Of a stretch of DNA of 64,000 bases, positions 57,671-64,000 are shown in pieces. Position 1 is the first letter of the stretch; each line of letters opens with the position of its first letter. The translations under genes and the position numbers were made by a program. This DNA comes from Gammaproteobacteria bacterium (GTDB taxonomy: Bacteria; Pseudomonadota; Gammaproteobacteria; SZUA-140). Under the pieces are notes generated by a model, which was not told where the DNA came from, searched no databases, and worked only from the letters and a program-made list of their open reading frames with translations. The stretch covers positions 15,428-79,427 of the forward strand of contig JAVEZY010000001.1 of assembly GCA_034002745.1 (NCBI GenBank). The letters run 5' to 3'.

Positions 57671-59437
57671 CTACATCACGTCCGGCGCGGAAACCCCGAG
57701 CAGTCCCATGCCGTTGGCCAGCACCTGCCGGGTGGCAAGAATGAGGGCAAGGCGAGCGTCACGCAGAGCGGCATCATCGACCAGGAACTGGTGCGCGTTG
57801 TAGTAGGCATGGAAGTCGGTAGCCAGGTCGCGAAGGAAGTAGGCGAGCTGGTGCGGTTCGCAGGCGAGCGCCGCGGTCTCGAGCGCTTCCGGATACATGC
57901 CGAGCCTTGTGATCAGCTGCGCTTCGTGAGTCTCGGTCAGCAGGTTCAGGGCGCCGAGTCCGCGGCTGCGGTCCCAGACGAAACCCTTGTCCTGCAGCTG
58001 CCGCACCACGCTGCAGACCCGGGCATGCGCGTACTGCAGGTAGTAGACGGGGTTGTCGGTCGATTGCGACTTGGCGAGATCGAGATCGAAGTCCACGTGC
58101 TGCTCACACTTGCGCAGCACATAGAAGAACCGCGCCGCATCGTTGCCGACCTCGTTGCGCAGCTCGCGCAGCGTCACGAACTGGCCGCTGCGGGTCGACA
58201 TCTGAACCTTTTCGCCGCCGCGATAGAGGATGGCGAACTGCACCAGCAGTACATCGAGCTGCGCCGGTTCCTTGCCGAGTGCGGCGAGCGCCGCCTTCAC
58301 GCGCGGCACATAACCATGGTGATCGGCGCCCCAGATATCGATGACGCGGTCGAAGCCGCGTTCGAACTTGTTGGCGTGGTAGGCGATGTCGGAAGCGAAG
58401 TAGGTGAGCTGACCGTTTTCCCGCACCACCACCCGGTCCTTCTCGTCGCCGAAATCGGTACTGCGGAACCACCAGGCGCCCTCGGACTGATAGAGATGCC
58501 CGGCCGAGCGCAGGCGTTCGATCACCCCATTCACGGCGCCGGAGTCGAGCAGACTGCGCTCGGAAAACCATTCGTCATAATTGACGCCGAATTCGCTCAG
58601 GTCGTCGCGGATGTCGGCGAGAATGGCATGCAGGCCGGCATCGAAAACGATGCGATAGCGCTCTTCCCCGAGCAGTTGCCGGGCACGGGCGACGAGCGCA
58701 TCGATATGGGCTTCGCGGTCTCCGCCTTCACCCTGGGTCTCGTCGAGCGGCAGGTCGGCCATGACCTGTGCCGCGGATGCCCGCAGCCCATCGCCATGGC
58801 GCTCCTTGAGCTCGCGCGCGATGTCGGGTACGTAGTCACCGCGGTAACCATTGTCCGGAAAGCGAACCGACTCTCCCGCCAGCTCTAGATAGCGCAGCCA
58901 CACGCTGGCCGCAAGGATGTCCATCTGCCGGCCGGCATCGTTGATGTAGTACTCGCGATGCACGTCGAAGCCGGCGGCAGCCAGCAGGTCGGCGACCGTG
59001 GCGCCATAGGCGGCGCCGCGTCCATGGCCCACATGCAATGGACCGGTTGGATTGGCCGACACGAATTCGACCTGGATACGCTCGCCATTTCCGATATCGC
59101 TGCGTCCGAACCGATCGCCGGCATCCAGAATCATCGGAATCACGCGCTGGAGGGCGGATGGCGTCATCGAGAAGTTGATGAAGCCGGGGCCTGCGATGTC
59201 GACGCGGGCGACATCCTCGTGCGGGGGCAGGGCGGCGATGATGGCGTCGGCGAGCTGCCGTGGCGCGCTGCCGGTTCGCTTCGCCAGGGCGAGCGCCACG
59301 TTGCAGGCGAAGTCTCCATGGCGGCGATCCCGCGCGCGTTCGATATGAACGTCGAACGGGACGTCCCTGGCAAGGGTGCCTTCACCCTGCAGTTGCAGCA
59401 GGGCGCGGGTGACGAGCTCGCTGAGCAGCTTCTTCAT
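57671..59437 (-). CDS. argS: Arginine--tRNA ligase
   Basis: About 589 aa from the Met at 59437 (MKKLLSELV). The class I HIGH motif ([13 protein letters not shown]) and the anticodon-binding DALR domain are present. Confidence 0.9.
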   Translation of the reverse strand: MKKLLSELVTRALLQLQGEGTLARDVPFDVHIERARDRRHGDFACNVALALAKRTGSAPRQLADAIIAALPPHEDVARVDIAGPGFINFSMTPSALQRVIPMILDAGDRFGRSDIGNGERIQVEFVSANPTGPLHVGHGRGAAYGATVADLLAAAGFDVHREYYINDAGRQMDILAASVWLRYLELAGESVRFPDNGYRGDYVPDIARELKERHGDGLRASAAQVMADLPLDETQGEGGDREAHIDALVARARQLLGEERYRIVFDAGLHAILADIRDDLSEFGVNYDEWFSERSLLDSGAVNGVIERLRSAGHLYQSEGAWWFRSTDFGDEKDRVVVRENGQLTYFASDIAYHANKFERGFDRVIDIWGADHHGYVPRVKAALAALGKEPAQLDVLLVQFAILYRGGEKVQMSTRSGQFVTLRELRNEVGNDAARFFYVLRKCEQHVDFDLDLAKSQSTDNPVYYLQYAHARVCSVVRQLQDKGFVWDRSRGLGALNLLTETHEAQLITRLGMYPEALETAALACEPHQLAYFLRDLATDFHAYYNAHQFLVDDAALRDARLALILATRQVLANGMGLLGVSAPDVM

Positions 59438-59541
59438 GCGGTTGGATCCGGTCGGAAGGGTTCGGAGGCTGAACGGACGCCTATTATCACCGCTTGCGAC
59501 CTTCTTGCAAATCGGCGCTGACAATCACGCGGCGATGATCC

Positions 59542-61797
59542 TCAAGATTCATCGATCGGATCGACATCGAGTGACCAGCGAGCGCGATGAGCGGCGGCGA
59601 GGGCGTCCATCCGGGGCGTCAGCGCGGCGAGAAGCGCGTGCAGCCGGTCGCGACGGTCGGCCAGAAGGAGCATCTGTGCCCGGTAACGTCCGGCTCGTCG
59701 TTCCATCGGCGCGGGGGCCGGGCCGAGCAGCTCGACGTCCTCTCCCGCCACTGATGCGGCGAGTTCGCGCGCAGCATCCAGCAGGTTCGCCGGCGCGTCG
59801 CGGTTGACGGATTCGGCGCGCAGCATGGCCATGCTGCGAAACGGGGGCATGCCGCTCTGCGAACGCTCGTGCAGCAGGGTGCGGGCGAAAGCATGGTAGT
59901 CGCCCGCGATCAGCGCGCCGAGCAGGGGATTGTCCGGGCAGCGGGTCTGGATCAGTACTTCGCCCGGGCGCTCGGCGCGACCGGCGCGGCCGGCCACCTG
60001 TACGATGAGCTGCCCCATGCGTTCTCCGGCCCGATAGTCCACGCCAAACAGACCCTGGTCCGCATCGAGCACGCCCACCAATGTGACGTTCGGCAGATGA
60101 TGCCCTTTGGCCAGCATCTGGGTGCCGAGCAGGATCTGGCGCCGGCCCTCGCGGATCCTTTCCATCATGGCTTCCAGGCTGCCGCGCCGCCGCGTGCTGT
60201 CGCGATCGATGCGCAGGACCTCTGCTCCGGGGAAGCGTTCGCGCAGCGATTCCTCGATGCGCTCGGTGCCAAGGCCGATCGGCGCGGGACCTGCCGCGCC
60301 GCATTGCGGGCAGGTCGAAGGTAGCCGCTGCCGGGCATCGCAATGATGACAGCGCAGCAGTCCGCGCGCCCGATGGATGGTCAGATGAGCATCGCAGCGC
60401 TGGCATGCAGCCACCCAGCCGCAGGATTCGCAGAGCAGGGTCGGTGCGTAGCCGCGACGGTTCAGGAAGAGCAGGGCCTGGGCATCGCTCTCGATGTGTG
60501 CTTCGATCGCGGCCGCGAGCTGGCCCGACAAGCCGTCTTTCGGTCTGTCGGCGCGCAGATCGATCAGCCGCAGCGCGGGCGTCGCCGCAGCCCCGGCGCG
60601 ATGTGTAAGCACCAGTCGCCGATAGCGTTCACGAATGCAGTTGTGAAGGCTTTCCAGCGAGGGCGTGGCCGAGCCCAGTACGACGGGAATGCCCAGGCGT
60701 CGCGCCCGCATCACGGCGACGTCGCGCGCGTGATAGCGCAGCGACTCCTGCTGCTTGTAGGAGCCGTCGTGCTCTTCGTCGACGATGATCAGGCCGAGCC
60801 TCGGCATCGGCGTGAAGACGGCCGAGCGTGTTCCGACCACGATGGGCGCGATTCCGTTTGCCGCGCGTCGCCAGGCGGCGAACCTTTCGCCGTCCGAGAG
60901 GCCGGAATGCAGTATCGATAGCGGGCAGTTGAAGCGGGCTCCAAGGCGGGCGACGAGTTGCGGTGTGAGACCGATTTCCGGGACCAGCACCAGTACCTGG
61001 CGTTCGGCTCGCAGCGTTTCTTCCATCGCGGCGAAGTAGACCTCCGTCTTCCCGCTGCCGGTGATGCCATCGAGCAGGAGCGTCTGAAATCCGTTCGTCG
61101 ACAGGATCGCTTCGACGGCGGTGGCCTGCTGTTCGTGGAGCACCGGACCCTCGGCAAGGCGCAAGCCGCCGGAAGCCGTTTCGTGATTCGCGCGGTCCTC
61201 GCCGGCCAATCTCTCGAGCCACCCTCGCTCTTCCAGGGCGCGCGCTGCGCGTCGCCAGTCGTCCTCACCGAATGCCGCGTCGAGTTCGTTCGCATCCAGT
61301 CCGTTCGCGGCGCCGCGCAAGGCATTCATCAGCGCCGCCTGGCGCGGTGCGCGGGCTGGGGGAGTGGCCGTGCGGCCAGCCTCGGTGAGGCGCAAGCGCT
61401 GCGGCGTACCGCTGTGCGCAGGAGCGCCGCGACGCAGGAGGCCGGGAAGCGCGCCGCAGATCACTTCCCCGGGAGCGTGGTGATAGTAGCTGGCGCACCA
61501 CAGCAGCAAGGTCAGTGTTTCATCGGACAGCACCGGCGCGTCATCCAGCACTTCGGTGACTCGTCTGAGCCGGCGCGGATCGAAGGTGCTCGTCGCGGCC
61601 GTGTCGACGATCACGCCGATCCGGCTTCCGCGACCGAAGGGGATGCGCACGCGGCATCCCGGAGCGGCATTTCCGGCTGCGCTCGCGGGCAGGTAATCGA
61701 ACAGCTTCTCCAGCGGTGCCGGAACGGCAATGCGCCAGACTCGAGTGCCCGCCTCGGATATGGGCTGTGGATAACTTTGTGGACTATTGTCAGTCAA
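59542..61797 (-). CDS. priA: Primosomal protein N' (replication restart helicase PriA)
   Basis: 751 aa. DEAD/DEAH helicase motifs (LLDGITGSGKTEVY, DEEHD) and a Cys-rich zinc-binding region (CESCGW...CQRCDAHL...CHHCD...CPQCG). Confidence 0.9.
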   Translation of the reverse strand: MTDNSPQSYPQPISEAGTRVWRIAVPAPLEKLFDYLPASAAGNAAPGCRVRIPFGRGSRIGVIVDTAATSTFDPRRLRRVTEVLDDAPVLSDETLTLLLWCASYYHHAPGEVICGALPGLLRRGAPAHSGTPQRLRLTEAGRTATPPARAPRQAALMNALRGAANGLDANELDAAFGEDDWRRAARALEERGWLERLAGEDRANHETASGGLRLAEGPVLHEQQATAVEAILSTNGFQTLLLDGITGSGKTEVYFAAMEETLRAERQVLVLVPEIGLTPQLVARLGARFNCPLSILHSGLSDGERFAAWRRAANGIAPIVVGTRSAVFTPMPRLGLIIVDEEHDGSYKQQESLRYHARDVAVMRARRLGIPVVLGSATPSLESLHNCIRERYRRLVLTHRAGAAATPALRLIDLRADRPKDGLSGQLAAAIEAHIESDAQALLFLNRRGYAPTLLCESCGWVAACQRCDAHLTIHRARGLLRCHHCDARQRLPSTCPQCGAAGPAPIGLGTERIEESLRERFPGAEVLRIDRDSTRRRGSLEAMMERIREGRRQILLGTQMLAKGHHLPNVTLVGVLDADQGLFGVDYRAGERMGQLIVQVAGRAGRAERPGEVLIQTRCPDNPLLGALIAGDYHAFARTLLHERSQSGMPPFRSMAMLRAESVNRDAPANLLDAARELAASVAGEDVELLGPAPAPMERRAGRYRAQMLLLADRRDRLHALLAALTPRMDALAAAHRARWSLDVDPIDES

Positions 61798-62038
61798 GGA
61801 GATGGTCCGCCCGCCGCCGCCATGGCGAATTCAGGCCGACGAATTGCGGGTAAAAATTATTTTCAACGATAACATGGGGTTATCGGTGGCCTGCCGTCGG
61901 CATTTCCCAACATACGTAGTCTCGTACAGTCAAGCACCTATCCCGCCCGATCTGTGCATAAAAAAAACTGGCAACAGAAATTCCCGCTGGTAAAGGAGGA
62001 TAGCTCCACAACCTCCGAGTTCGTGCTCGGTCTTTGCC

Positions 62039-62497
62039 CTAAATCGGCTTGACAACCGCCAGCAGCACGATCGCTATCAGCAGCAGTACGGGCAGCTCAT
62101 TCAACCAGCGATAGAAGACATGCGAATGCCGGTTCGCGTCGCGCCGGAATGCGAGCAGCAGTTTGCCGCAATAGACATGGTAGACCACCAGCACCAGCAC
62201 CAGTGCCAGTTTGATGTGCAGCCACATCATCGAGCGGTACGCATCCCAGGCATAGGCGAACGTCATCCACAATCCCAGGATGATAGTGATCACCGCGCCT
62301 GGCGTCATGATGCCGTAGTACAGTTTGCGCTCCATGATCTTGAAGCGCTCGCGTCCGGCTTCGTCTTCGCACATGGCGTGATAGACAAACAGTCGCGGCA
62401 GATAGAACAGCCCGGCGAACCAGGTGACCATGAATATGACGTGAAATGCCTTGGCCCAGATCACGAGCGCATCCTCGGGTACGATGAATGCGGACAC
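62039..62497 (-). CDS. hemJ: Protoporphyrinogen IX oxidase HemJ (CopD-like membrane protein, TIGR00701)
   Basis: About 150 aa with 4 TM helices. KAFHVIFMVTWFAGLFYLPRLFVYHA is the HemJ signature. Confidence 0.75.
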   Translation of the reverse strand: MSAFIVPEDALVIWAKAFHVIFMVTWFAGLFYLPRLFVYHAMCEDEAGRERFKIMERKLYYGIMTPGAVITIILGLWMTFAYAWDAYRSMMWLHIKLALVLVLVVYHVYCGKLLLAFRRDANRHSHVFYRWLNELPVLLLIAIVLLAVVKPI

Positions 62498-62692
62498 TAT
62501 AAGGGTGAGGCAGGAAGTTGCAAACAGCGCGAGAGGCGGGTTGCGTATTGCTTGACTTGACGGGAATATGATTCTAGATTACAGAACAACGCCGAGCCGG
62601 GATGGGCGGCGGCAGAAAACAACAACCATAAATGCACTACCTTTCCTCGCGGCTGCCGGCCGCATTTTTTTTGCCTTCCTCTCCCGATCGTC

Positions 62693-63760
62693 TCAGTGTT
62701 GCAGCAGGTCAGCGGGTATCCGTTGCAGGCCTTCGCTCAGTACGCTCGCGCTCAGTCCATGCTGCTTCAGTACGAAAGCGGCTGCGGAACTGCGCTGTCC
62801 GGTCTGGCAATAACAGATGTAATGCAGCCCGCGGTCGAGCGTGCGGGCGGTGCGGTGCAGCGCCGATATGGGTATGTTCAACGCACCGGGCAGGTGCGAG
62901 TGTTCGTATTCGGAAGGCAGGCGCACATCGATCCAGGCACCCCCGTCCTCGATGCGACCGCGGGCGCCTTCGAGATCGACCCATTGCAGCGTGGGCTGAC
63001 TGAGCAGCTTCCTGAAGTCCTCTCGCGACAGTCTCAGCAGAATGCTGTCGGTCATCATCGACACGGTCGCATTGCGTGGATTGTCCGATAACAGCGCCGC
63101 CTCGCCGAAGGTGGTCCCTTCCCCCAGTTCGGCGATCTCGATGCAGTCCTCATCGTTGTCCGGATTGTGGGTCACCAGCGCCACGCCTTCGTCGATCATG
63201 TAGAAGTAGTCGCCCGGGTCACCCTGGCGGATGACGACCTGACCGGCCGGAACGAATATCGGCTCCATCCGGTGCAGCAGTTCTTCCAGGTTCGCCGCTG
63301 GCAGATTGCGGAAGGTCGATGAGCGCAGCATCGTGCGCAGGCACTTTGCCTTGTCGACGATGATGATGCGGCCCTCGGCCATGACCACTGCTTCGTCCGG
63401 AACCGATATCTGGGACCAGGTCAGCAGGCGATCGAGCAGATCGGGGTCGATGCAGATGACCGTGCTCGGGACGAGCGCGCGCGCGCCGGCATACGATTCG
63501 CCGGACAGGGGATGGCGGGCTTCGTCGGTTCCGGCTCGCAGCACGCGAGTCTGTCCATCGGTCGACGGGAGTCCAAGCTCCCCTTCGATCAGATAGACAG
63601 TCTGTTGCTTTGCTGCGGATGCCGCGGACAGATTCGAGCCGGTGGCAACGAACGCCACGCGGCTTTCGGCAAGCAGCTCGCCGAGCTGCTCGGGTGCAAG
63701 CGTGGAAATCGGCTCCAGCCCGGCGATCAGTTCCGCCTGATGTGCGTTCGGTTTATCCAA
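62693..63760 (-). CDS. Tandem cyclic-nucleotide-binding (CAP_ED) domain protein fused to a C-terminal rhodanese domain
   Basis: The second CAP domain is canonical (GDPGDYFYMIDEG...FGEAALL...RNATV). The first is degenerate. The C-terminal rhodanese domain carries a catalytic Cys loop (CYCQTGQRS). Confidence 0.7.
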   Translation of the reverse strand: MDKPNAHQAELIAGLEPISTLAPEQLGELLAESRVAFVATGSNLSAASAAKQQTVYLIEGELGLPSTDGQTRVLRAGTDEARHPLSGESYAGARALVPSTVICIDPDLLDRLLTWSQISVPDEAVVMAEGRIIIVDKAKCLRTMLRSSTFRNLPAANLEELLHRMEPIFVPAGQVVIRQGDPGDYFYMIDEGVALVTHNPDNDEDCIEIAELGEGTTFGEAALLSDNPRNATVSMMTDSILLRLSREDFRKLLSQPTLQWVDLEGARGRIEDGGAWIDVRLPSEYEHSHLPGALNIPISALHRTARTLDRGLHYICYCQTGQRSSAAAFVLKQHGLSASVLSEGLQRIPADLLQH

Positions 63761-63850
63761 TACCTGGCCCTGTGCTGATCATTTCACGGGCGCGCCCTCG
63801 CGGCCGTGATTCGTTCTAGAGATCGGCCGCGCGGGCAAATTCTTCAAGCT

Positions 63851-64000
63851 TCATTTGTTGCGGAACCACAGCCAGAGCGTGACGAGCCCGGTCAGGGCCA
63901 CGCTGATCAGGAGGGAGGTGACGATGGGAAAGTGAAAGCGGAAGCCTTCCCGCTCCACATTGATGTCTCCCGGGAGCCGGCCCAGGCCCAGCTTGGCGAG
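63851..64000 (-). CDS. DUF2905-like small membrane protein, 3' portion (gene begins beyond window end)
   Basis: The minus-strand frame reads ...LAKLGLGRLPGDINVEREGFRFHFPIVTSLLISVALTGLVTLWLWFRNK*. The GDI..E..GF.F.FPI.TSLL.S pattern matches DUF2905. The frame is open to the window edge. Confidence 0.4.
   Translation of the reverse strand, partial: LAKLGLGRLPGDINVEREGFRFHFPIVTSLLISVALTGLVTLWLWFRNK

Noticed and set aside
61798-62038. Lower-GC 240-bp spacer upstream of priA examined for an RNA gene or mobile remnant
   Set aside because: It contains only promoter-like AT-rich sequence. There are no tRNA-like cloverleaf features, repeats or ORFs.

Overview
This is a 64 kb, high-GC (about 65%) chromosomal segment from a gammaproteobacterium, densely coding and mostly housekeeping. 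Several gene blocks follow the Pseudomonas-type order: dsbA/engB/polA; ponA, pilMNOPQ, aroK-aroB, then gltB-gltD-hemE; priA-argS-SPOR; and comM-ubiK divergent from glnK-amtB. Also present are a TPR/ExbB/ExbD/ExbD/TonB-like energy-transduction cluster, a catabolic-type acetolactate synthase, a thermonuclease, a malic enzyme/mdh/gltA cluster, and speE/speA. I found no rRNA, tRNA, CRISPR array, transposase or integrase. The parts that depart from the conserved backbone are listed below.
- A roughly 640-aa Ig-like (Big_1-type) lipoprotein with its own terminator sits between pilQ and aroK.
- A dGTPase-like gene and a small WGR-domain gene sit between aroB and the AAA+/SPOR gene.
- A patchy 43.4-49.3 kb segment between hemE and comM carries two VOC genes (one frameshifted), sdaA, an O-methyltransferase preceded by a lower-GC spacer holding a 20-bp perfect palindrome, yaiI, a decayed methyltransferase fragment and a 2OG-Fe(II) oxygenase.
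- A two-CAP-domain/rhodanese fusion, a sigma54/NtrC-type glnK promoter, and a possible orphan promoter-plus-terminator unit (candidate sRNA) are also present.

Nothing matches a canonical defence or mobile system. The Ig-like lipoprotein at the pilus locus and the decaying methyltransferase/oxygenase islet are the most unusual elements.
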